Source: Mustelus asterias (Eukaryota). From it: 64,000 bases of DNA. Of the stretch, positions 25,154-37,884 are shown in pieces; the first letter of the stretch is position 1; each line of letters starts with the position of its first letter. The stretch spans positions 100,378,001 to 100,442,000 of the forward strand of contig NC_135805.1 in assembly GCF_964213995.1 (NCBI RefSeq), written 5' to 3'. Below the pieces are notes generated by a model. It had not been told where the DNA came from, did not search any database, and saw only the letters and a list, made by a program, of their open reading frames with translations. The translations under genes were made by a program, and so were the position numbers.

Positions 25154-26115
25154 CTTCCCAAAAGACATTAGTGAACCCAATGGGTTTCTCCAACTTTCAA
25201 GAATGGTTTCATGGTCGTCGGTAAATTCCTAATTCCAGATATTTTTTAATGAATTCAAATACCATCATCTACCATGGTAGGATTCGAACCCGAGTCTTCA
25301 GGACATTAGCTGAGTTCCTGGATTAATTATCCAGCAATAATCATCTCTCATCACCTCTCCTGGTCCTGTCGATGGTCTACTCCTGGCGCAGGTTTCAATG
25401 GGAACTCCCATTGATGGCAGCGTAACTAGAAGATCCTGCCGCTGGTTAACGGCGAGTCACCTCCCACAATCAAGAAACATGCCATGGGGAGGCCAGAGAA
25501 TCTAGCCCAATATTATTTTGTAAACACTTGGATGTTGAACCCAAAAATCTCAACAGACCACTTCCTGCCTTGCTTTTAATTCCAGCCAAGAATTTCCTAT
25601 CCGTTACAGAATTTTGTGGGTTCCATCACTTTGGGACCAAACCAAGATATGCCACAGGTCTTTGATGCTCCTCAGTTTTCTGATCTGGCATTTTGGCTCC
25701 TAAAATACACTCCTCCTTCCCCCTACCGGGAGATAACATACACAACTGCTTTTTCTTTCAGTCTCCCAAGCTGACTTAACTGCATCTGTAAAAAAGCAGG
25801 GATAAAATCAAAACTAAAGGGTAGTTCCCCGTAACCTATCCCTGGAGCAATGTAGCATACCTAGGATGCCCTAGATAGAGATTTAAAATAATTAACTTTA
25901 ATTTTAAATCTGTTTTTGGATCTGAAAAGTATGGGGGTACATTGGAAGACTCAGAGAAGAGCCACCTGTGTTTACATTTTCTCAGTTCTAACTTTGACCT
26001 TATTAAATAAACATAGCACACACTTTAAATTGCAATCACTTTATTACCCCTCACACTAAATGCTTCCGTTACCTTATTTTGTAAAAAAAAACTTGATCTT
26101 TGAACTAAAGATTAT

Positions 26116-27763
26116 GACCAGGGTTCTCCCAAACCAAAACTAAGTGCCCAACAGGCAGGAAAGCAGGAGTATTTTTTGGGCATACTTACCAGAATGAATC
26201 TCCAACATTGAACAGTACAGAGTGCCTCAGCGTGATTCATTCTGGAAAGTGGTGGGCGGGGCCTCATCGCGCCTGAAAGGCCGGCAGCAGAATGCTGAGC
26301 GGGCCATTGCGCATGCACCAATCTGTCAGTACGGAGGTAAGAACATAAGAACTAGGAGCAGGAGTAGGCCATCTAGCCCCTCGAGCCTGCTCCGCCATTC
26401 AATAAGATCATGGCTGATCTTTTTGTGGACACAGTTCCACTTACCCGCCCACTCACCATAACCCTTAATTCCTTTACTGTTCAAAAATGTATCTATCCTT
26501 GCCTTAAAAACATTCAATGAGGTAGCCTCAACTGCTTCACTGGGCAGGGAATTCCACAGATTCACAACCCTTTAGCTGAAGAAGTTCCTCCTCAACTCAG
26601 TCCTAAATCTGCTTCCCCTTATTTTGAGGCTATACCCCCCTAGTTCTAGTTTCACCCGCCAGTGGAAACAATTTCCCTGCTTCTATCTTATCTATTCCCT
26701 TCATAATCTTTTGTTTCTATAAGATCTCCCCTCATTCTTTTGAATTCCAATGAGTATAGATCCAGTCTACTCAGTCTCTCCTCCATAAGCCAACCCTCTC
26801 AACTCCGGAATCGACCGAGTGAATCTCCTCTGCACCCCCTCCAGTGCCAGTATATCCTTTCTCAAGTAAGGAGACCAAAACTGTACACAGTACTCCAGGT
26901 GTGGCCTCACCAGCACCTTATACAGCTGCAACGTAACCTCGCTGTTTTTAAACTCCAACACTCTAGCAATGAAGGACAAAATTCCATTTGCCTTCTTAAT
27001 TACCTGCTGCACATGCAAACCAACTCCTTGAGATTCCTGCACAAGGACACCCAGGTCCCTCTGCACAGCAGCATGCTGCAATATTTTACCATTTAAATAA
27101 TAGTCCATTTTGCTGTTATTCCGACCAAAATGGATGACCTCACATTTACCAACATTGTACTCCATCTGCCAGATCCTCGCACACTCACTTAGATTATCTA
27201 TATCCAGATCAGTCCATCTGCATTCACCCCTCCATCGCCGGCATTCCCAACACCTCCCCACCAATGACCAGCCCCGGTCGCCTATTTTCTCTCTCCCACC
27301 GATCCCACCGATGGGCAGTGCCAAGGTGCCCGGCAATGCCATTTCCCCTTGGGCAGTGCCATGGTGCCAGGTTCGCACTGCCCAAGGAACAACCCCCTTG
27401 CCCCCCGACCTACCGGAGGGGGGGGGCGAGGGTGTGGTGCTCAATGGCACCTGTCCCCACCAGCAGGGTGAAGACGTCTGTTCCCTGTTAATGGGGAGCA
27501 GTTGTAAACCCAGTTGTTAGGAACCACTCCTGGTGGGGGAGAGTCGCTCGCATGCCCGGGATACCGTGCCAGTCCCGCTAATCATATGAAAATGTCAATT
27601 TCCAAATGACAATCAGCTCTGCGCTGATTCTTGGAGTGCAGCTGATTACACTACAAAAAACTACATCAGAGACTCGCGATGAGCTGGACACCAGTTGCGA
27701 ACGTCGCTAAAGACCCCCTGCTGTTGTCTTCCAGCCCGCTGCACTGCTGGGAGAATCCTGTCC
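26116..27763. mobile_element. Harbinger-like MITE split by a CR1 insertion
   Basis: Imperfect 16-bp TIRs, GACCAGGGTTCTCCCA vs GGACAGGATTCTCCCA (13/16). 3-bp TSD TAT at 26113-26115 and 27764-27766. Confidence 0.7.
26337..27205 (-). mobile_element. CR1 LINE 3' fragment
   Basis: (TTCTTATG)-type tail. ORF contains WQMEYNVGKCEVIHFG and RPHLEYCVQFWSP. Confidence 0.92.
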
Positions 27764-28189
27764 TATATTCTTACAAAATATGAATCCGGCAATGAGAATT
27801 TAGCAACATTGGGTACCCTAAGCCTTAGATATGACCCATAGCTGAGACCCAATGTAGATAAAGAACTTGCTGCAAAAAATACCTGAAGTAAAATTCAAAC
27901 TCACCCTTTCATCATTTTATATTGTTTAGAAACATTATATTTTCAGGAACCATTTGTTTTCTGATCCTCTAATAAGCCAGAACAGGAGGATTTAGTGTGG
28001 TGTGGCAAAAAGTATAATTATACAGCAAAAAAGGAAACTAGTTGGCCCAACATGGCTATACCAGCTGTTTTAAGAGTTATCCATTCCCCTGTTGCTTACT
28101 CATAACCTTGAAATGTTTCCCCTTCCAACGATATTCAATTCTCTTATGGAAATTATTGAATCTGCTTCCACCAGCTGCCTCCCTTCTTC

Positions 28190-29140
28190 CACCCCCCCCC
28201 CTTCCTCTTCTCCACTCCCCCCCCCCCCCCCCCCCGTTTTCACCTCCCCCCTTTCACCTTCTCTCCCCCCCCCCCGCCCCCCCCTCCCGGTCCCCGCCCC
28301 CCCTTCCCGGTCCCCCCCCCCCTCCCGGTCCCCGCCCCCCCCTCCCGGTCCCCGCCCCACCCCTCCCGGTCCCCGCCCCCCCCCCCTCTCCCGGTCCCCG
28401 TCCCCCCCCTCTCCCGGTCCCCGCCCCCCCCCCTCTCCCGGTCCCCGCCCCCCCCCCTCCCGGTCCCCGCCCCCCCTCCCGGTCCCCGCCCCCCTCCCGG
28501 TCCCCGCCTCCCGGTCCCCGCCCCCCCCCCCCTCCCGGTCCCCGCCCCTCCCGGTCCCCGCCCCCCCCCTCCCGGTCCCCGCCCCCCCCCTCCCGGTCCC
28601 CGCTCCCGGTCCCCGCCCCCCCCCCTCCCGGTCCCCGCCCCCCCCCTCCCGGTCCCCGCCCCCCCTCCCGGTCCCCGCCCCCCCCTCCCGGTCCCCGCCC
28701 CCCCCCTCCCGGTCCCCGCCCCCCCTCCCGGTCCCCGCCCCCCCCTCCCGGTCCCCGCCCCCCCCTCCCGGTCCCCGCCCCCCCCTCCCGGTCCCCGCCC
28801 CCCCCTCCCGGTCCCCGCCCCCCCCTCCCGGTCCCCGCCCCCCCCTCCCGGTCCCCGCCCCCCCCCTCCCGGTCCCCGCCCCCCCCTCCCGGTCCCCGCC
28901 CCCCCCTCCCGGTCCCCGCCCCCCCCCTCCCGGTCCCCGCCCCCCCCCTCCCGGTCCCCGCCCCCCCCCTCCCGGTCCCCGCCCCCCCCCTCCCGGTCCC
29001 CGCCCCCCCTCCCGGTCCCCATCCCCCCCCCCCCCCCTCCCCGGTCCCCGGCCCCCTCCCCTGTCCCCGGCCCCCTCCCCGGTCCCGGCCCCGTCCCTTC
29101 CCGTTCCCAGCCCCTTGGGCCCCACCCCCACCCCCGTGCC
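28190..29140. repeat. C-rich minisatellite, unit CCCGGTCCCCG(C)nT of ~19-22 bp
   Basis: Roughly 35-40 tandem units with variable C-run length and degenerate flanks. It sits within an old CR1-like 3' remnant. Confidence 0.95.
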
Positions 29141-29507
29141 TCTCCCCTCACCTGCCACTAAAAACAATCGCCCTCTATTTAGTCTTATCAAAACATCTCT
29201 CATAACTATGAACATCTTTATTAAATGTCTGTTTAATCTTCTCTTTCAGGTGAACACCCGAAGCTTCTCTTCTTTCTCAACAAAAGTGAAGGTTCTCATT
29301 GCTGGTATTATTCTGGTAAGTCTCCTCTGCACCCACCAAAGCCTGACCATCAATAATGACTCGGTGAAATACAGATGGAAGCACAGGGTATCTCAGACAG
29401 CTCCTTTTACATTTCTGCATTTAATTACTAATGCAAAATTGTTGGAAGTTGTTGTCCAATTTCCATTTGGTCTGACAATCTGGTGCAGTGTAGATACTAA
29501 GATAAAA

Positions 29508-29665
29508 TCAAAATACTGCTGATGCTGGAATAGGGAACAAAAACAGAAAATGCTGGAAAATCTTAGCAGGTCTGACACCTCTGATGAAGGGTCTTCCTGA
29601 CTTGAAACGTTGGAACTATTCTCATTCCACAGATTCAGTCAGACCTGCTGAGATTTTCCCTTATT
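29508..29665. mobile_element. Short palindromic non-autonomous element with hammerhead-like core
   Basis: Arms GGAAAATCTTAGCAGGTCTGAC and GTCAGACCTGCTGAGATTTTCC flank CTGATGA-AGGGTC-TTCCT-GACTT-GAAA-CGTT. Related pieces at ~18742-18828, 19190-19290, 19825-19890 and 55870-55962. Confidence 0.7.
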
Positions 29666-30294
29666 TTGATGTTCTAATTCTCGGCCAATCTAGATATTCA
29701 AAGGGTGGAATTTTCCATTTCCATTAAGTGCGGCGGTGGGTGGGAAAGTTGGCATGATTCCCGTTGGGCGGCAGAATGGATAAACACTGCGATCTTCCAT
29801 ATTTCAGTGCATTAATTATGCATTAACGAGGAGCTTGGTGGATCTCGTGATGGGGCGGGCAGTAAATCTCTCATACTTTCATGGGTTTGAAGGTCCTGGT
29901 GCCAGATTTAAATGACACCTGGACAGACATTCACTCTCGCATGGATAGTCTTTTAATTCTTGCTTTTGGACAGTCTTTAACTCTTCGAATCTGTTCCTTG
30001 ACAATGTCCCCCACCAAATCCTGCCTCCATCTCACCCCTCCTTGCTTGTCATGCATTCCATGTCAGTCTTGGTGCAGATGGTGCCCTAGACCATATTTAA
30101 CAGTTAGCATGTTAAAGGGAGGCGAAAACAGCACCTACTGACCTGCAAGTTGTGATTGAAGTGACGCTTACCAGTGCACGCCACTTATATACAGTTGTTA
30201 AACAGACCATTCTAATTATTCACTAGCTGAAGCACTTAATTTGGAGGTGCAACGATTCTGGATGAGTTTCTCCCAGGACCCAAAGTCAATTGGA

Positions 30295-33200
30295 CCAAAA
30301 GTGAAGCTTTAAGAGTATCCTTGTAGCATTTCTTTTGATTGCAACAGGAGCATACCCCAGACTCCAGCTCTCCATTGAAGATTTGCTTTGCTCATCTGGT
30401 ATCAGACATGTCAGCTCAGGTTAGCACCTTGGTGCCTGATATTTTGTCCTGCATCCTGAAGCTTCTGAAGGCAGCTCAATTGAAAGTGGTTGAGCTACTT
30501 GGCATGACACTTGTATAGAGTCCAAGTCTCTCATGCATAGAACAGAGTGGGCAGAACTATTGGTATATGGACTTGCAGTTTGGTAGGCAGACTTACTCCG
30601 CTTCATTCCCAGACTGATGCTTGAAGTCTGCTGCAGGCTTACACTTGCTTTGGCGTTTCTTTGCCTGAATGCACGAAGCATTCGAAACAAAGTAAATGAG
30701 TTGATGGCACAAATCCAAACAAATGAGTATGATCTAGTGGCCATCACAGAAACGTGGTTGCAGGGTGACCGAGACTGGGAACTGAATATCCAGGGGTATC
30801 AGACATTTAGGAAGGATAGACAGGTAGAAAAAGGAGGTGGGGTAGCTCTGTTAATAAAGGGATAATATCAGGACGGTAGTGAGAGACGACATAGGCTCTA
30901 AGGAGCAAAACGTGGAATCGTTGTGAGTGGAGATAGGGAATAGTAGGGGAGAAAAGACACTGGTAGGCGTGGTCTGTAGGTCCCCAAATAATAACTTAGA
31001 GGTGGGGAGGGCTATAAACAAGCAAATAATGGATGCGTGCAAAAACGGAACGGCAATAATCATGGGGGATTTTAACCTGCATATTGATTGGTCAACTCAA
31101 ATTGGACGTGGAGGGCTTGAGGAAGAGTTCTTAGAATGCTGTCGGGATAGTTTCATTGAACAGTATGTTACAGAACCTACGAGAGAGCGAGTTATCTTAG
31201 ATCTGGTACTGTGTAATGAGACAGGTAGAATTAAGGATCTTCTTGTGAGGGATCCTCTTGGGTTGAGTGATCATAATATGGTTGAATTTCTGATACAGAT
31301 GGAGGGTGAGAAAGTAGGATCCCAAACCAGTGTCCTCTGCTTGTTCAGAGGGGAGTACGATAGGATGAGGGCGGAATTGGCTAATGTAGACTGGGTGAGC
31401 AGACTGGTAGGTAGGACAGCTGAGGAACAGTGGAGGAGTTTTAAGGAGATTTTTTAAAGTACTCAGCAAAAATATATTCCAGTGATAAAGAAGGACTGTA
31501 AGAAAAGGGATAACCAGACGTGGATAACAAAAGAAATAAAGCAGAGTATTAAAATAAAAACAGATACGTACAGAGTGGCCAAAAATAGTGGAGAATTAGT
31601 GGATTGGGAAAGCTTTAAAAAAACAACAAAGAACGACTAAGGAAGCGATTAAGAAAGGAAAGCTAGATTATGAAATTAAACTAGCTCAAAATATAAAAAA
31701 TGATAGTAAAAGTTTTTACAAATATATAAAAAGGAATAGAGTGGCTAGAGTGAATGTTGGACCCTTGGAGAACGAGAGGGGGGATTTAATAGTGGAAAAC
31801 GAGGAAATGGCTGAGACTTTAAATAAGTTCTTTGTGTCGGTCTTCACAGTGGAAGACACAAATAGTTTGCCGAATATTAGAGATCGAGAGTTGGTGGGAG
31901 GGGAGGTCCTTAATACAATTACTGTTACTAAAGAGGTAGTGCTTGGTAGACTAATGGGACTGAAGGTAGACAAGTCCCCGGGCCCGGATGGAATGCATCC
32001 CAGGGTACTGAAAGAAATGGCTGAGGTAATAGTAGATGCGTTAGTAGTTTATTTATCAAAATTCGCTGGACTCTGGGGTAGTGCCGGACTCGCTGGACTC
32101 TGGGGTAGCTGATTGGAAAACAGCTACTGTTACGCCGCTGTTGAAAAAAGGAAGTAAACAAAAGGTGGGTAACTACAGGCCGGTTAGCTTAACGTCCGTA
32201 GTTGGGAAGCTGCTGGAGTCCATTATTAAAGAGGAAATAGCAGAGCACCTGGATAAGAATGGTTCGATCAGGCAGACGCAGCATGGATTCATGAAGGGAA
32301 AGTCGTGTTTGATGAATTTACTGGATTTTTATGAAGATGTGACTAGTGCGGTTGACAGAGGGGAACCGGTGGATGTGGTGTTTTTGGATTTCCAGAAGGC
32401 ATTTGATAAGGTGCCTCACAAAAGGTTGCTGCAGAAGATTGGGGTACATGGAGTTGGGGGTAAGGTGTTGGCGTGGATTGGGGATTGGCTATCTAACAGG
32501 AAGCAGAGAGTTGGAATAAATGGGTGCTTTTCTGGTTGGCAGTTGGTGACCAGTGGCGTGCCGCAGGGATCGGTGCTGGGGCCTCAACTGTTTACCATTT
32601 ACGTAGATGATCTGGAGGAGGGGACTGAGTGTAGGGTATCAAAGTTTGCTGATGACACGAAGATGAGTGGGAAAGCGAATTGCGTGGAGGACGCGGAAAG
32701 TCTGCAGAGAGATTTGGATAGGCTGAGCGAGTGGGCGAGGATCTGGCAGATGGAATATAACGTTGGCAAATGTGAGGTTATCCACTTTGGAAGAAATGAT
32801 AGTGAATTGGAATATTATTTAAATGGAGAAAATTACATCATGCTACTGTGTAGAGGGACCTGGGGGTCCTTGTGCACGAATCGCAAAAACTCAGTCTGCA
32901 GGTGCAGCAGGTGATCAAGAAGGCGAATGGAATGTTGGCCTTTATCGCGAGGGGGATAGAATATAAAAGCAGGGAGGTCTTGCTGCAACTATACAAGGCA
33001 CTGGTGAGTCCGCAACTGGAGTACTGTGTGCAGTTTTGGTCCCCTTATTTGCGAAAGGATATATTGGCCTTGGAGGGAGTGCAGAGAAGGTTCACCAGGT
33101 TGATACCGGAGATGAGGGGTGTAGCTTATGAGGAGAGATTGAACAGATTGGGTCTGCACTCGTTGGAGTTTAGAAGGCTGAGGGGTGATCTTATAGAGAC

Positions 33201-34255
33201 ATATAAGATAATGAAGGGGCTGGATAGGGTAGAGGTAGAGAGATTCTTTCCACTTAGAAGGGAAACCAGAACTAGAGGGCACAGCCTCAAAATAAGTGGG
33301 GGCCGGTTCAGAACAGAGTTGAGGGGGAACTTCTTCTCTCAGAGGGTAGTGAATCTCTGGAATTTTCTGCCCATTGAAGTGGTGAAGGCTTCCTCGTTGA
33401 ATATGTTTAAATCACGGGTAGATAGATTTCTGATCGATAAGGGAATTAAGGGATATGGGGAGCAGGCGAGTAAGTGGAATTGATTCGCTTCAAATCAGCC
33501 ATGATCTTGTTGAATGGCGGGGCAGGCTCAAGGGACTAGATGGCCTACTCCTGCTATTTCTTATGTTCTTATGTTCTTATCAAGAATAGATAGCTTGAGA
33601 GAGAGTGTGCTTTCTTGATAAATGAACCTTCCACTGCTGACAATTTCTAGTCATGGACTGAAATCTTGGGCTCGAGATGGGGCCTTCCTGGAGCAGGATA
33701 GTACATTACTTCAGTTTTCTTTGTGCTGAACATAAGGGCGAAGTTGTTATATACATTGGAGAACAAGCCCGTGCTACATAACATCCAACTTTGACCGGCA
33801 GCTGGTGCACAGCCATCGGCAAACAGGAAATCGTGAAGTATATTTCAACTTGTATGTACTCCAAAGTTCCACAATGCTCATTTATGTAGCCCGCATCAAA
33901 ACATAAGGACACCCTGCTTCTAGATCAGAGAATCTTAAGTGCTAAAGTCCTGGGCCTCAGAAGTAGTTGGCCACCTTGCTAAACAATGATACTGGTATCT
34001 ACCCAAAATGTGGAAAGTGTACCCCCAAAATACAGGTCAAATCTAAGTGGACTTCTTAGCAACCTATCAATCTTCTGTATTATTGAAAATGTAATGAAAG
34101 AAATCCTCAATCCTGCCATCAATCGACTGCAACCTGTCAACAAGCATTTCATTGATGCTCAGTTTGAGAAGAACCATCCTGCACCAGATGTCTGCTTTGA
34201 TCCAGATGCTCGGGCTCAATATTTTCACTCCTGTGGCTTTATAATACCATTTTAG
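30295..34255 (-). mobile_element. Decayed RTE-clade LINE remnant split by CR1
   Basis: Minus-strand peptides KQIFNGELESG..QKKCYKDTLKAS (~30300-30390), ETWTLY (~30510-30530) and ISTKKTEVMYYPAPG (~33685-33730) are typical of the RTE ORF. Confidence 0.65.
30652..33580 (+). mobile_element. CR1 LINE with near-complete ORF2 (APE endonuclease + RT), pseudogenised
   Basis: APE motifs LNARSI, AITETWL, IMGDFN, SDHNM. RT motifs KSPGPDG, FLDFQKAFD, PQGSVLGP, FADD. Has stops and frameshifts. Tail (TTCTTATG)n at 33558-33580. Confidence 0.95.
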
Positions 34256-35569
34256 CATTTTGGTGAGTTCGGCGGGGGGGGGGGGGGGAGACTATGTTTG
34301 TGGAGTAATTTTGTTTGTCGGGGTAATTTTCCAACATTGTGCTCCTGGTGAAAAGCCTCACCTGTAAAGCGTGCATTGTAAATTTGAGCAAGCACCGCTT
34401 ACAATTTTCCAAACGTTTTAAAATTGAACCTGAACTGTAAACTAGGCTATGTGTATTATGTATTTATTATGCTGAAGTATTAGAAACTTCTTACCATGGC
34501 AAAAACATTCTCAAATATTTAGAGAGAGCTTTGGAAGGAATACATGCATGGAAACTGAAACCCCTCTGGAGAGATTGTGAGCACTTTGCCAAATGTATCA
34601 AAGCCTGTGAAGAATTCTACATTGGTTCTTGATTATTTTTGTTGTCTGATGTGTTATCTTAATTTTTAGCTGTACAATTGTGGACTGAATTAAACTTGAC
34701 TAGCAGCAAGTGGCCTTGAAAAAAAAGTGTCACCGCAAGTGCCATTGAGGCAAACAAGATTTAAATACTTTAATGTTTAATTGTATTGTTGGTTGGAAGA
34801 GATTTTTTTTCTTCTTTCAGCACTATATATTTAGAAAATATGTCAAGGTTTTTATTGCTGGTGGCTTGAGGTCCACCTGTGAGGTAGAAACTTAACAGAA
34901 TGGTGCATCTACTTGTTACAACCTATATTTCATTTTGTACCTTCAAAAAGTTCAGGTCAGTGTGCTGATGTAGTAAAACCAGTGGAGCACATCTGTCATT
35001 GATCATGTCTTATTTGAGTGAGCCAGTAAAATCTTGTACGGCTTTGTAGTAACAGTCATCTGATTATGGAGACCACATGTGAAGTAATCCTCAAAGAACA
35101 CATTGAGCTTCATGCAGAGAATGCCTTCCAGTGAATTGGACAATAATCTGACCTGAGTTGTGAAGGACAAGTATGGGTGAAGAGGAAAATATGATTTTTT
35201 TTCCAAGTATGGTATAGCGCAAATTATTGCATATAACAATAATAGCTTCTTATGTTGTCAGAGAATGTGTTTTGAATTTATTTGGTTACCCAAGGTGCAC
35301 ATCAACTGTCCTGAGGAAAACCAAAGGTTCACTATACAATGCATAACATAGTGTTCTCAGTTGGACAACAATCAAGGCCACAGAATTGCAATTGGAATTA
35401 AATCCTTAAATTAGCAATAAAGATCCTAGGATCCAATGTAATAAAACAGAATTTGGAGCAATAATCTGTAGTCTCTAAATTTGTTGTTCTAGCTGAAAAG
35501 AATTCATATGTACTTATAAGTCTAAACCGCATCAATGTTAACGGTAAATCCTAGTCTGGCAATATATCT

Positions 35570-35632
35570 TTAACCTGGTGTTGTTAAACTTCTTACTGTG
35601 TTTACCCCAGTCCAACGCCGGCATCTCCACAT
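35570..35632 (+). mobile_element. 63-bp PLE 3' terminus
   Basis: Matches 4878-4942. 10-bp TSD CAATATATCT at 35560-35569 and 35633-35642. Confidence 0.85.
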
Positions 35633-36227
35633 CAATATATCTGATCACATGCAATCATTTCAAGCCTGCAGGCATTATTACTTGGAGTATCAAAATATTC
35701 AATAGGAGGAACAGTGAAAAGTGTGCAATTTCCTCTCTTGCAGCACCAATTTAAAAGTAGTAATACAAGCACATAACTTGTTAATGTGCTGAATTTTTGT
35801 GTTTATTGCATGCCTTAATAACATTCTGTAATTGCCCAGTTCACTAAAACGTAGCAATTTTCTGATTTGTGCAAATGTTTATAATATTTGAGTGAAAATC
35901 ATTTGCTTTATCATTTGAAGAAAAACAAAATGCATTTTAAACTCATCGTCATATTTGCAAATGTTTCTTGGGACTCAAATCCAAGTTGAGTACATGTTTC
36001 CCCTATTGTGTGTGATGAGTAATTTTTTTTTGCTCTGGCCCAGCATCTTTATAAAAAGGAGTAATGTTCCTTGGCATCATTGACCCAAACTACCTACTGA
36101 CAAACTGATCTGAGTTCTTCTGATTTTTTTTTAAGCAATGGATATATAAAAGTGCCTTTATTTAATAGCACTATGGGACTGTGTGCATCAGTTCAAGGCC
36201 AGCCTTCTTACTGTATCTGAGAAAAAG

Positions 36228-36615
36228 GCTTCTATTTATATAGCATCTTATTATGTCTAGCAGAAAATTTCTCACACGTTGAATTATTTTAGAGCATTGA
36301 GAGTGTTAAGTAGGCAAAAGGGTGCCTGTTTTGCATATCCAGTAAACAACCAGCTATTTTTTTTCTAGCTATGTTGACTGAGGGAGTAATGTTAACTTGA
36401 AGATTGGAAGAGGGATCTGTTCTTCAGGTAGCCGCATGGAATATTTAATAGCCAATTTAATAATCTTTAGAACAGGCAAATGAGGGAAGGTAAGTGACAC
36501 TTTGTCAGTCCTGCAATGAAATGTGCTCCCGTCCTGGCATGAAATTTGATTCCACAACCCTGACTCAGAAGTAAGAGTGAGATGTGAGAAAACATTGAGC
36601 GATGCCTCATGTGAA
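36228..36615 (-). mobile_element. Old Deu-domain SINE (AmnSINE/SacSINE-like), degraded
   Basis: Diverged reverse-complement similarity to 37885-38560, including the tail TTTATATAGCA. Confidence 0.5.
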
Positions 36616-37884
36616 CCAAGTGTGAAAGAACATACAGCTGGAAATTGAACAAACCAGATGTGCTTCATTACAAATAGTCTGTTACTGGGTTGTTTATACT
36701 GAAGCAAATATTTAAAATGATAGTCTGTTGCATGCAAAAATTCAGCCCTTCAGTAAGTTCAAAGGTAGATTGCAGTTTTAAACTTTTTTTTCTTGACAAA
36801 ATTATAAGATTTACTGGTAAGTAACATATGGGCTTTATATATTTCAAAATTAAAGATCCTGGGCCATTTCTACTAACATTGCACTGTTGGTGTAATTTGA
36901 TGCGTGCTTGGGTCCAGTGAGTGCACCTTCTCCAGAACAGCAAACAGAGCTCCTTTTTTTAATATTGTAGTAATATTATCCAGGATCCTGATCAGTTGCA
37001 GAGAATTGCACTTAAAAAAAAAAAGCAACCGTCAGAACTTTTGAACATTGTTTAAACAAGTACTGTAAGTTACTGCTACTTTTAAAAAAAATAATAAATT
37101 GAGATGTCTGCGAAAGTAAAGACAACCAGTGCCTAGGATCTGAGTCATTCAGATGGATTTATAGAGGTGTTAGAGACTTTTTAGTTTTGACAGTGTCGTT
37201 ATAGTTAGGACTTGGTTCAGGTTGTACTTTATAGTAGTAAATCTGAAGACTTGAGTCATTGAAATCTCGCAAGTAACAGAAAATCTTATTTTCTTTATCA
37301 ATGAATTACATTGGATGCTTGTATTGCAGTTCCAGATTGTATTTTTGTTGGTTCATTTTAAATTGTATTAGTAATGAAAAGTACTATTTTTGAAAGTATT
37401 CATCATTTTTGCAGAATATTGATGCTTCAGAAGAATTGATTGGTTGAATTTACTGTACAAATATTTAACGTATAAAATTATCTAGTGCATTGTTCAAGGT
37501 TAAGGACTAAATTTTCCTAACTGGGTCATCTGATGTAAGGGAGCAGCCTTGTGACCTCTTGTCTGCACTACAGTATTCTTGTACAGCTACCTCTCCATCA
37601 ATGTGGCAATTGCCTATTAAAATCCGAGATGCTCCACTGAAGTGATCTAATAATTTGGATTTTAGCACTAAATTATTTTCTTTATTTTACATTGCTTAAA
37701 TCATCTTATTACATATTTCAAAAATGTGCAGCACACAAAACATTATAAATGTTGATAAAGTATTATCAGGAGTTGGTTAAATATCTGAATTCTGTTTGCT
37801 GCTCTGCAGTGAACTGGGTGAGACAAGTGTTGAGTGTGTGAGCATTCCCAGATTTTTCCTGGCTTTTTCTCTAACTAGTCTCAC

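Larger units (their letters stand above)
23768..25345 (-). mobile_element. tRNA-headed SINE split by a solo LTR
   Basis: Segments 23768-23922 and 25158-25345 join across the insertion. B-box-like GGTTCGAATCC on the minus strand at ~25280-25290. A-rich tail at ~23768-23782. Confidence 0.7.

Noticed and set aside
23031-25835. Possible outer LTR or TIR element (TGTTACG...CGTAAC)
   Set aside because: The terminal match is short, there is no convincing TSD, and the boundaries are unsupported.
28042-29522. Long Pro-rich and Gly/Arg-rich ORFs (303-476 aa) on both strands
   Set aside because: They are translations of the C-rich minisatellite, which has no stop codons. There is no evidence of a formin- or extensin-like gene.
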